This document shows positions 1 to 11,579 of a stretch of 64,000 nt of DNA, piece after piece. Both the position numbers and the translations under genes were made by a program. The stretch comes from Geosiphon pyriformis uo1 (taxonomy: Eukaryota > Fungi > Glomeromycota). Location of the stretch: the NCBI GenBank assembly GCA_016748015.1, contig JAAOMT010000135.1, forward strand, positions 1-64,000. Direction: 5' to 3'. Under the pieces are notes generated by a model. It was not told the origin of the DNA. It searched no databases and saw only the letters and a list, made by a program, of their open reading frames with translations. Position 1 is the first letter of the stretch. Each line of letters begins with the position of its first letter.

Positions 1-662
1 GTAAATCTCTAGCCAAAGTCTCAACAGACTTTGAGCAGAAATGGGATATCTTTATTCCATCAGTGTTACTAGCATACAGAACACTAAAACAAGATATTAC
101 AAAACACACACCATTTGATTTAACTTATGGAAGGACAGCAACATTACCAATTAATTTCACAGTAAAAACATACCCTGTGCAACTAATTAATGAAGAGAAC
201 TTTCAAGAAACACTCCAAAGAAGGACTTACACTCTTCTTAGTACACTGGAAGTAAAAAGAAGAATAACAGCAACTCATATTGAACATTCCCAAGCTCAAC
301 AAAAAGAAAGACATAACAACAAATTATCACCCATAACCAACGAATTTAAAATAAGAAATAAAGTTCTTTTACACAGAACTAAGGCTGAAAAACAATGGAG
401 TGGAAAATTTGAACATAAATGGGATGAACCATTTTATATTCACGAAATTCTAGGCAATGGATCATACAAGTTAAGACTTAATGATAAAATACTAGCAAAA
501 ATTGTACATGGAAACAGATTGAAACACTATCATTCCAGAAACAATCCTGAAACATTAATTCCACAAATTGGTACACATTCTCCTTTAATTAATTCTGAAG
601 ATATTCCCCAAAATATAGAACCAATAATTATAATAGAACAACAACCAAACTTGAACACTTAA
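1..662 (+). pseudogene. pol: Family A Pol, integrase C-terminus (GPY/F module)
   Basis: ORF 63..662: LAYRT...TPFDLTYGR, GKFEHKWDEPFYIHEILGNGSYKL, VHGNRLKHY; no chromodomain follows. Confidence 0.92.
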
Positions 663-806
663 ATTTTACAATAATTCTTCAATAAAAACACAAAGACAAA
701 AAATAGTAAATAATTACAAAAACACCCAAACCCAAAAACAAATAAAAACCCCATATCCAAAAATAATTTTTTTTATTCTTCCTTTTTATAATTAGTCAAT
801 TTTATC

Positions 807-1514
807 ATGATTATTCCCTGAAATATTCAACAAATATCCCAAAAGTTAATGTTAGTCTTGAAAATACTTCCTGACTTATCCATAACGATTAATAGAAGTC
901 AAATTAATTACATTCAAAAAAAAACCACAGCCTCAGTAGTAAATCATTTACAGAACTATTACCCCTATAAAAGAAAAACAAAAAGTCACTCTGAAAATAG
1001 GTTACCAAGACTTTTGAAGCAAGCACTGGAAGAAAATCTTTTAATTGCCCTTATTGACATTCCACCAAATGCTACAATGTAACAAAAACTTCTACTATTT
1101 CTCAATGAACAAAACAATGAACACACTCCTATCTATAAATACTTTCACATTGAAAAGACACTTTATAAACGAAAACTGGAACTTGAAACAACAAATCTCA
1201 CTGCTGAAGCTATACAAAAACAAATTCATAATGAATTCAAAACAGCAGCTGGACCAACAAACACTCGCTACAAACTTAGAGCAGCTTTTAGACTCTATGA
1301 TTTGTTTAATACTTGTGAAAATATTCTACAAAATTTAATACTGTAACCAATAAAAGTCCAATACATTGGCAAACTCACAGAACTGAAATTTCAACAATTT
1401 TCAGACCAGATTACTTCAATTATTTTGGATTACTATCTCAATATCACAGATAGTGCTTGGACTTTGACAGAGCTCAGTCTTGAGGAAGAGATTATGTTAC
1501 CAGTAGAATTTTAG
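807..1514 (+). pseudogene. Family A accessory ORF3 (~235 aa, unknown function), runs through the PPT into the LTR
   Basis: One frame from ATG 807 to TAG 1512-1514, interrupted only by in-frame stops; matches 21440-22146; ends ...ELSLEEEIMLPVEF*. Confidence 0.85.
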
Positions 1515-2485
1515 CTATTAATTAGCATGAAATTACCCTTATAATTCTTATAATTAATTAGTATATTAATATCATTTCAAATTATCATTTATTATTTAAT
1601 CAATTATCACATATCACAATTTAATTAAATAATTCAATTAGTATAACAAAAAGTAGGATGATCAAATTACACAATACCCTGAACTTTGTAACATTTAAAA
1701 ATTCGCTGAAATTTACAGAAATTTGCCGAAATTTATAGAAATTTGCCGAAATTATAAATAGTTTATCCAAATTAATCAATAGTTCAACGAAATAACTTGT
1801 AGTTCATCAAAATGTATTTTTAGTTCACCAAAATTTGAGCAAAGAGAAAAAGTGCAAGTTCATAGACTAGTATTACAACAAGTTGTATAAAAAAAGAGCT
1901 TTTCTCTTCAAGAAAATATATCTTACTTTAGATTTATCACTTAGAACCATTCCTACACACACAAAAAAAAATAAATATCAAATAACTTAAAAAACCAAAT
2001 TCTTTAATTATTGCACTTGGAAAATTCCCAAAACCCAACTAATGTTTTAAAATTGATTAGCTACCAATTTCAGTAAACTGTTAGTGACTTCAGGCCTGAA
2101 TAAAAAACGTTTCCCTTAATAAAAGCCTATTTTTTTTACATTTTTTTTATTTTTTTTTTCTTTTCTTATTACAATCATTAGGGTAGCCTACAGACGAAAT
2201 TCCTGTAGAAGAGTTGACTTTTATAGCAAAGTAACTACACATTTTTTAGTGAGCTTCCAGACGAGCAATTCCTGAGAAAAAGTTGACGTTTACTACAATG
2301 TAACTACATAAAGTAACTGACAAAGAATTGGCTATTCCACGTATAAGCCCAGCAGTTCAAATTATAAGAGATAATTTGAAAATAAATTCAGTTATTGGAG
2401 GTTTAACTTCTTCTAGAAAACGTGAATTTGCAACCAACAGACATTTACAACATTCAAAAAAAGAGACCAAAAACCTCTGGTAACA
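1495..2485 (+). repeat. Family A 3' LTR (A1)
   Basis: TGTTACCAG...CTGGTAACA inverted termini, preceded by purine tract GAGGAAGAG; homologous to 13202-14175 and 22127-23127. Confidence 0.95.
1699..1754 (+). repeat. 10-bp tandem array in family A LTR (GAAATTYRCC-like); also at ~13407-13462 and ~22331-22398
   Basis: aaattcgctg aaatttacag aaatttgccg aaatttatag aaatttgccg aaatta. Confidence 0.85.
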
Positions 2486-3730
2486 CCGAAATTGAAAAAA
2501 AAACTATCTTATTTAACATGCACTTAGATATCCATTCAGGCCACTTTGAAAAAGAAGCAACTATTCAACATACAACTAGTCATTATTATTGGCCAAAAAT
2601 GCATTCAGATATTATCCAATACATAAAAAATTGTGACTTGCACCAATGAAAAAGAGGAACAAAAACAACAGAATCACTAAGACCCATAAAAGTTGGACAA
2701 CCATTTGATAAAATTGAAATTAATTTAGTTGGACCATTACCAATAACAGCAAAAAACAATTGTTATATTGCAATAGCAGTAGATTACCTCACTAAATGGC
2801 CAGAAGCCAGAGCCATTCAAACAGCTGATGCTATATTCATAGCCTACTTTGTACATGAAGATTTAATTTGCCACCATGGATGTCCACAAAAATTGTTGTC
2901 AGATCAAAGGACACATTTTGTAAACAGTACACTAAATGAGCTCAGCCAAAGATTTGGAATTAAATGACCACTATCATCATCATATCACCTTTAAACAAAT
3001 GAATTAGTTGAATGGTTTAACCATACACTATGTGAAGCATTAGCCAAAATCAGCAATGAACATGAAAAAGAATGGGATTTGTTCATACCAACAGTTTTAT
3101 TAACATATAGAACATTAAAACAAGATACTATAAAATTCACACTATTTGAATTGGTTTATAGAAGAAAGACCATATTACTAATAAAACTTACTATTTCAAC
3201 TTATCCAAATGAAATTATTACAGAAACAACATTCCATGAAACAATACTTAGAAGAATATATGAGTTAATGGAAATTTTGGAGAACAAAAGAAGAAAAGCA
3301 GCTCAAAATATTAAACAGTTACAAGCATAACAAAAAGTGAGACATGATAACCAATTACCAGATGATATAATTAGCTATAAAATAGGAGACAAAGTATTGT
3401 TGCATCATACTAAAGCAGAAAAGCAATAGAATAGAAAGTTTGATCACAAATGGAATAAACCATTCTATATTCATGAAATACTTGGCAATGGAGCATACAA
3501 GTTAAGACTGAATGAAAAATTTTTAAGAAAAGCAGCACATGGCAACTGGCTGAAATTATATTATAACAAACCAGTAATAATAATACAAACACTTAAAATT
3601 AGAACACAAATACCACTAGTATTACCAGATCAGATTCCACAAAATTTAGAACCAGTAGTTTTAATTGAACATTATATAAAAAGATAATTAATCTTAAATT
3701 ACACTAAGAAACAGTTAACAAAGCATAAAA

Positions 3731-4444
3731 ATGCATGCAAAAGAGTCCAAAAAGCAGTCAAGAATTAAAACAATAACATATATTCCAGAAAACATTAGTA
3801 AGTTAATCCAACAATTATGTCGAAGCTTACAACAATCAAATTCAGATTTGAAAATTACAATCAATAGTTTCAAGATATCATATAAAAAAATAATAATACC
3901 AAATTTTACGATAAATGAGAAACCTAGTTTTGTACCATATACTACTATTGCCAAAAACAGTAACAGCTTTATCAACAAAATCATTAAAAATTTAGGAATA
4001 GCATTGGACAATACATTGATAACAGAAGAAATAAACATAGTATAATTAATACCAAATATATTTGAACAGCTGAAAGAAAAATTCCCTATTAATTATTGTT
4101 ATTACCAATTAAGAAAACAATTAAATATACAAATATTATACTCAAAAGATTCAGTTAAAGTATTCAACAAAACAACGATACAATAATTAGAAAGTTTTAT
4201 TGGAAAAACCAACAATATACTTCATATAAAAGCTGTTTACAGAATTTTTAAGACTTTCAAAAACTGTCACAAAGTACTATTGAATCCAACTATGAATCTT
4301 ATAACAATTAATAGCATTGGACAATTAACCAATTTACAATTTTAAAATTTACAACAACAAATTAATAATACAGTATTAGATTATTATAGTAATATAGAAA
4401 TCAATGAAAAAATTAACTTTGATTTTGACAGAGCTTAATCTTGA
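3731..4444 (+). pseudogene. Family B accessory ORF3 (unknown function), homologous to A and C ORF3
   Basis: Single frame with in-frame stops: YIPENISKL...YCYYQLRKQL...IKAVYRIFKTF...SIGQLTNLQF...VLDYY; same 714-nt span as 9375-10088. Confidence 0.8.
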
Positions 4445-4552
4445 AAGAAAGAGATAATATTACAGTTTAAGAATTTAATAGGAATTATAAATAATATAAA
4501 TTAGCCAATCATGAAATAGCACAGCAACAATTTATAAAAAAAAATAATTTAC

Positions 4553-4690
4553 AAATAACAGCAAGCACTATTTTACAATAGCAGCAAACACTATTGTGTA
4601 ATAGCAACAAGCACTATTTTACAATAGCAGCAAGCACTATTGTGCAAAAGCAGCAAGCACTATTTTACAATAGCAGCAAGCACTATTTAG
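4553..4690 (+). repeat. 23-bp tandem array (~6 units, CAATAGCAGCAAGCACTATT-TTA/GTG) in family B LTR; also at ~9133-9265 and ~24233-24345
   Basis: Directly visible alternating units. Confidence 0.9.
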
Positions 4691-5323
4691 AAATAATGGA
4701 AATAGAATATTACAAGACGTTATTTTATAAAACAATAATTATGTATATATATAATAGTTTTAATAATAAAGAATCAAACAAGTTTTAACTAGAAGCAACA
4801 AATATTTAAATAAAATCTTATTCAAAAAAGAATTAATAAAAAAAAATAACAAATTGAATGAACATCACAATTACAAAATTAACAATAGATTTACATATCC
4901 TCTCTAGCAAATAAAACTATCATTCCATTTCTGAACTCTTTGGAAGAATAATCTCTGATCAAGATTATTCATGTGGTTACTAATTGAATTAAAAAAGCTT
5001 TATTATATACTTAAGGAAATCACAAAAAGGCCATTAACATTCCGTGTTTCTAAATTAGAAAAACACATCAGACAATTGCAAGGATAGCCTTAGAGAAGAC
5101 TCTAAACAGCAAGTAGATTTCAGATTAGCCTCTGGAAAGAAGTACACAACATACAAAAACAACTAGAATTAAAGAGAAGATTTACATTACAACATCAAGA
5201 AAAAACCTTCAGTACATTATCATTAATATTCAACACATAAAATAAAAGAACTTACGAGAGACTGATTGCAATTAAAACAGGAAATCAACAATTAAAATAT
5301 ACCAAGAAAACACTTCTGTAATA

Positions 5324-5659
5324 ACGTGGTTACTAATTAAATTGAAAAAGCTTTATAATATTCTTAGGAAAATTGTGAAAAAGCCATTAACATTCTATGT
5401 TTTTAGATTAGAGAAACACATTAGGCAATTACAAAGATAGTCTAACAGGTAAATTTCAGATTAGTCTTTGAGAAAGAGTACACAATATATAAAGACAACT
5501 AGAATTAAAAAGAAGACTTACATCACAACATCAAAAGAAAACCTTCAGTATATTATCATTATTATCTAACACATAAAATTAAAAAACTCACAAAAGACTG
5601 ATTGCAATTAAAATGGGAGATCAACAATTAAAATATACCAAGAAAACACTTCTATAACA
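5324..5659 (+). repeat. Remnant 3' part of an older family B LTR (B0), probably the target of B1
   Basis: Repeats ~4972-5323, ends ...CTATAACA, starts at ACGT; followed by ATAT and family C RT sequence. Confidence 0.75.
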
Positions 5660-6647
5660 ATATGTATCCACTTCCCAAAATTGATGCAATACTAGACAAA
5701 TTCAATAATGCTACTTTTTTCTTAACTATTAACTTAATTGCTGAATTCTGACAAGTAAAGATGGATCCAAAAAGCAGAAAAAAAACTGCCTTCATTATCA
5801 AGTATAGTACTTATGAATTCACAGTTATGCCTTTTGGTCTTACCAATATTCCTCTCACCTTTCAATGCCTAATAGACAAAGTGTTTGAATCAGTAAAAAA
5901 AACTTTGTTTTGGTTTACTTAAATGTATTTAAAAACCTAGAATAAACATCTTGAACACTTGTAAAAGGTTTTTGATTTTCTTAGAAATGCCAAGCTTAAA
6001 ATAAACCCAATCAAATTTTTTTTTGAACAACAATCCACCCAGTTTTTTGGTTATTTTATTACAAAAAATAGAATTTTTTCTGATCCAGCTAAAGTTAAAA
6101 AAGTCTAGAACATTAGACAATTAATGAATGTTCCTGAACTACACTTTTTTCTTGGTTTGACTTCTTATTATTACAAATTTATTAAGGATTTCTTCAAAAT
6201 TGCCTTTTCTCTCAATCAACTACTCAAAAAAAATATCAATTATTACTGGAGCATTTATCAACAAAAAGCTTTTAAAACTCTGAAAAAAAAACTTGTTACT
6301 AAATTAATTCTTAAGCAATCTGATTTGGACCAATCTTTCATTCTTCACACTGATGTATTTGGCTATGAACTTGGTGTTATTTTCTCACAAAAAAATAAAA
6401 ATAGCAGAAAACATGCTATAACATATGTCAGTAGAACTCTTACACCAGCAGAAAAGAACTATTTAGTTACTAAACAAGAATGCTTAACAATAGTTTAGGC
6501 TACTAGTTACTGGGATCAATATTTTTTTAACAGTAAATTCCTAGTGGTAACAGATTATTAAGCCTTAGTTTGGCTGCACAATAAAAAGAAGCTGAAACAC
6601 AAACAAATAACTTGCTGAATACTCCATCTGGATGAATTTAACTATAA
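5660..6647 (+). pseudogene. pol: Family C copy C0: RT/RNase H fragment
   Basis: MYPLPKIDA...YEFTVMPFGLTN; ORF 6124..6498 FLGLTSYY...FILHTDVFGYELG...AEKNY. Confidence 0.9.
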
Positions 6648-7330
6648 TGTTATAAGTTGAAGTAACAAACTAATGAGTAGTAAGGAAAAACAAGATTGTA
6701 AGATAATAAAAAAAATCAAAGAAAATTTAACTTCAAAAAGCAAATTAAATGAGTATAAATTTAATGTATAAAATTAATCTCATAAAATATCTTAGTTGTT
6801 ATACTTTTTAAAAAATAATCAGAGAATCTGAAAGTAGAAAGATAGTCTATACTGAAAACAAATGATTACATACTGGTATAATTTTATGTTTCATATTAGT
6901 GCTCTTAGAATTTAATATCAAATATCAGATATATTTTTCAGTCACATTTTATTCAATAATCTTCAAATGTTATAATTATATGTTTCAGAAAAAAGGTAGA
7001 AAATAACCAACAAATAATCTTTTATTCCAAAATGTTTTGGATACTTGAAGATAGAAAAAGAGAAATTAGTAATAAAAAAAGGATTGAGATGAAAGTTGTT
7101 ATTTTATTTATTTGATTTCTAATATGTCTTGTTTTCTAACATGTTTTTTTACAGCTAAGAAATTTATTGCTTATATAGTTATCAAAAAGTGATTAATGAT
7201 CAGATCAATAACTAGGTCAATAATCAAGTCAATAATCAGATCAATGATCAGGTCAATAATTAAGTCAATAATTACTATCTAAAAATAGGGTGGCTAATTA
7301 TATAAAATTAATGGCTAATACATATGATAA

Positions 7331-7987
7331 TTAATAAAAAATATGGATTTCAACCATAATATTACTCTCTTTAAAGAGATTGAGCTTCAGCAAAATCAAG
7401 CTATTCATGGAATAATTTATTTGAAGGATTTTGTTTAATTCAAAGCTAACTAGTTTATTGAAGTTTTTGGTAGATAAGATGTATAATATTTGAGATGAAA
7501 TAAGTTTTGTATCCAAAAAACCAAATTTTTGTATAAGAGTTTTGGCTCTTTTAGCAATAGTTAAAACTCTTGAGATATTTAATCATATAATGCCCAAAAT
7601 TTCTGCCTGTATTTCTGAAGTTGTTTTTTTTATTAGTTTTATGTCCTCTATAATTTTACCAAGACAACTATAGAGTTTTAATTGCCTTCCATATGACAAG
7701 TTTTTGTTTATGAGTAAGATTTCTTGGAGTGTTTTTCCAATTGTGCTGAAAGGTAGGAGTATAACTGCTGTTATACTTTCCAACAAATATTTATCCATTT
7801 TGCTACCAATTTTTTTTCTTCTGGTAATGGTTTTCTTGGGTTTAATAACAGTATATGTTCTACTGTTATCAGTTATGGTAGTCTGTTTTCTAATAGTTAG
7901 AGTAGTATTTAGATAGGTTTTGATCCAATACTTATGGAAAGTATAAAAGGCATTTTGAATGTTTTGATCCAAAAAATAATTATTCAT
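7331..7987 (-). pseudogene. Family C accessory ORF3 (C1)
   Basis: ORFs 7583..8083 and 7331..7516 are in one frame; MNNYFLDQNIQNAF...LKLYSCLGKII...ISSQILYILSTKNFNKL. Confidence 0.85.
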
Positions 7988-9374
7988 GTTGATTGAAGAT
8001 ACCTCTGTTTTGGAAATGATGTATTTATTTATACTTGATTTTTGCTGATAATTTGAGTCAGTTTTACTATAACAGGCAACCAATCAAGTTATTTATGATA
8101 TTTTTTGAGTTGTATATCATAAACAGGACAATTATTAAAGATTGTTTCAAATTGATCTTAAAGAATATAAGAACCATTGTTCAAAACTTTGTTGACTAAA
8201 AAGAATTTTTTTTATTGGCTAGAGAATTTATTACCATAGACATTGTTTTTGTCTAAATAATATTCTAATATTAAGTTATCAACACTTAAAAAAAGTGTTT
8301 TATAAGTTTTTTTTTTCTTAAGCTTTTCTTAGAACTGTTTTATTTTTTTAAAGACAATTATTTGTACTTTTACCAATGAGTTAAAAATGGTACCAAGTCT
8401 TTTTTGCAAAATGTTTTTATAATTTTCTATTGTGATTTCTTTAAAAAGTATTGTTTTAATATTAGTTTCTATTGGTAATGTTGCTATGTATCTATTGTTA
8501 TAAAGGTGTTTTCTTAGTATATTTTAATTGTTGATTTCCTGTTTTAATCACAATTAGTCTCTTGTGAGTTCCTCAATTTTATGTGTTGGATATTAATGAT
8601 AATGTACTGAAGGTTTTTTCTTGATGTTGTGATGTAAGTCTTCTCTTTAATTCTAGTTGTCTTTGTATGTTATGTACTCTTTCCCAAAGGCTAATCTAAA
8701 ATCTACCCACTGTTTGGGGTCTTCTCTAAGGCTATCCTTGCAATTGCCTGATGTGTTTCTCTAATTTAGAAACACAGAATATTAATGGCCTTTTCATGAT
8801 TTCCCTAAGTATATAATAAAGCTTTTTCAATTTAATTAGTAACTACATGAATAATCTTGATCAGAGATTATTCTTCTAAAGAGTTCAAAAATAGAATGAT
8901 AGTTTCATTTGCTAAAGAGGGTATATAAATTCTATTGTTAATCTTATAATTGTAATGTTCATTCAATTTATTATTTTTTTTTATTAATTATTTTTGAATA
9001 AGATTTTATTTAGATATTTGTTGTTTTTAGTTAAAGCTTGTTTGATTCTTCATCATTAAAACTATTGTATATATATATAATTATTGTTTTACAAAATAAC
9101 GTCTTGTAATACTCTATTTTTGTTATTTCTAAATAATACTTACTGTTATTGTAAAATAGTGCTTGCTGCTTTTGCACAATAGTGCTTGCTGCTATTGTAA
9201 AATAGTGCTTGCTGCTATTGCATAATAGTACTTGCTGCTATTGTAAAATAGTGCTTACTGTTATTTGTAAATCATTTTTTTTTATAAATTGTTGCTGTGC
9301 TATTTCATGATTGGCTAATTTATATTATTTATAATTCCTATTAAATTCTTGAACTATAATATTATTCTCTTCTT

Positions 9375-10088
9375 TCAAGATTGAGCTCTGTTGAAATCAA
9401 AGTTAATTTTTTTATTGATTTCTATATTACTATAATAATCTAATACTGTATTATTAATTTGTTGTTGTAAATTTTAAAATTGTAAATTGGTTAATTGTTT
9501 AATGCTATTAATTGTTATAAGATTCATAGTTGGATCTAATAATACTTTGTAACAGTTTTTGAAAGCCTTAAAAATTCTGTAAACAGCTTTTATATAAAGT
9601 ATATTGTTGGTTTTTCCAATAAAACTTTCCAATTGTTGTATTGTTGTTTTGCTGAATACTTTAACTCAATCTTTTAAGTATAATGTTTGTATGTTTAATT
9701 GTTTTCTTAATTGGTAATAACAATAATTAATAGGGAATTTTTCTTTCAGCTGTTTAAATATACTTGGTGTTAATTATACTATGTTTATTTTTTCTGTTGT
9801 CAATATATTGTTCAATGCTATTCCTAAATTTTTAATGGTTTTGTCAATAAAGCTGTTACTGTTTTTGGCAATAGTAATATATGATACAAAACTAAGTTTC
9901 TCATTTATTGTAGAATTTGGTATTATTTTTTTTTTATATGATATCTCAGAACTATTGATTGTAATTTTCAAATCTGAATTTGATTGTTGTAAGCTTCAAC
10001 ATAATTGTTGGGTTAGCTTACTAATGTTTTCTGGAATATATGTTATTGTTTTAATTCCTAACTGCTTTTTGGGCTTTTTTGCATGCAT
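9375..10088 (-). pseudogene. Family B accessory ORF3 (B2)
   Basis: Reverse-complement copy of 3731-4444; ORF 9774..9971. Confidence 0.8.
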
Positions 10089-10131
10089 TTTTTTGCTTTG
10101 TTAACTGTTTTTTGGTGTAATTTAAGATTAA

Positions 10132-11511
10132 TTATCTTTTTATATAATGTTCAATTAAAACTACTGGTTTTAAATTTTGTGAAATCTGATCTGATAATAC
10201 TAGTGGTATTTGTGTTTTAATTCTAAGTATTTGTGTTGTTATTACTGGTTTGTTGTAATATAATTTCAGCCAGTTGCTATGTGCTGTTTTTCTTAAAATT
10301 TTTTCATCCAGTCTTAACTTGTATGCTCTATTGCCAAGTATTTCATAAATATAGAATGGTTCATCCCACTTGTGGTCAAACTTTCCACTCCATTGCTTTT
10401 CTGCTTTAGTATGATGCAACAATACTTTGTTTTCTATTTTATAGCTAATTATATTATTTGATAACTGATTATCATGTCTTACTTTTTGTTGTGCTTGTGA
10501 CTATTTAATATTTTGAGCTGCTTTTCTTCTTTTGTTTTCCAAAATTTCCATTAACTCATATGTTTTTCTAAGTATTGTTTTGTGGAATGTTGTTTTTGTA
10601 ATAATTTCATTTGAATAAGTTGGAATAGTAAGTTTTATTAGTAATATGGTTTTTCTTCCATAAACCAATTCAAATGGTGTAAATTTTATAGTATCTTGTT
10701 TTAATGTCTTATATGTTAATAAAACTGCTGGTATGAACAAATCTCATTTTTTTTCATGTTTATTGCTAATTTTGGCTAATGTTTCATATAGTGTATGGTT
10801 AAACCATTCAACTAATTCATTTGTTTAAAGATGGTATGGTAATGATAGTGGTTGTTTAATTCCAAATCTTTGGCTGAGCTCATTTAGTGTACTGTTTACA
10901 AAATGTGTCCTTTGATCTGACAACAATTCTTGTAGACATTTATGATGACAAATTAAATTTTCATGTACAAAGTGGATTACAGATATAGCATCAGCTGTTT
11001 AAATGGCTCTGGCTTCTGGCTATTTAGTGAGGTAATCTACTGCTACTGCAATATAACAATTGTTTCTTGCTGTTATTAGTAATAGTTCAACTAAATCAAT
11101 TCCAATTCTATCAAATAGTTGTCCAACTTTTATGGGTTTTAGTGATTCTGTTGTTTTTGTTTCTCCTTTTCATTGGCACAGGTCACAATTTTTTATGTAT
11201 TGGATAATATCTGAGTGCATTTTTGGCCAATAATAATGACTAGTTGTATGTTGAATAGTTGCTTCTTTTTCAAAGTAGCCTAAATGGATATCTGAATGCA
11301 TGTTAAATAAGATGGTTTCTTTTTCATTTTCGGTTATAACTCTCAATAAATTATCTGGATTTTGTTGATTCTGGTAATAAAGTATGTGGTTTTGAATAAA
11401 ATAATGTTTTAATAATTTCTGGAACTTAATTAGTTTTTTTATTGGTGTGTCTTCATCTAGATGTAGTGTTCTTAAGTATTGGCTAAAATTTTTGTAAAGA
11501 TAATTGTCCAT
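10132..11511 (-). pseudogene. pol: Family B integrase (HHCC, DDE core, GPY/F)
   Basis: ORFs 11170..11511, 10501..10740 and 10132..10422. Confidence 0.92.
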
Positions 11512-11579
11512 TGTTTATGAATTGGTTGTTGTTTAATGGTTTTTATGTGTGTTTTATTCATAACAAGCAGTCAGTATTG

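Larger units (their letters stand above)
1..2485 (+). mobile_element. Ty3/Gypsy family A copy A1, 3' part (integrase C-terminus, ORF3, PPT, 3' LTR); inserted into the integrase of B1
   Basis: Colinear with 20621-23127 of full-length A2; LTR ends ...CTCTGGTAACA at 2485 and is followed directly by family B integrase sequence (cf. 11331 region, minus strand). Confidence 0.95.
2486..5323 (+). mobile_element. Ty3/Gypsy family B copy B1, 3' part (integrase, ORF3, 3' LTR 4458-5323)
   Basis: HHCC and DDE integrase remnants (HSGHFEKEATIQ...YYWP...CDLH; VDYLTKWPEARAI); reverse complement of 8496-11340. Confidence 0.93.

Noticed and set aside
3715-4038. Hydrophobic antisense ORFs (also 7704..7916, 9781..10104, 33108..33320, 51021..51233, 28652..28948) as membrane proteins
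   Set aside because: They are T-rich shadows of A-rich sense ORFs; their recurrence reflects repeat copies.
4553-4690. 23-bp repeats as a CRISPR array
   Set aside because: Units are contiguous with no unique spacers, lie inside an LTR, and there are no cas genes.
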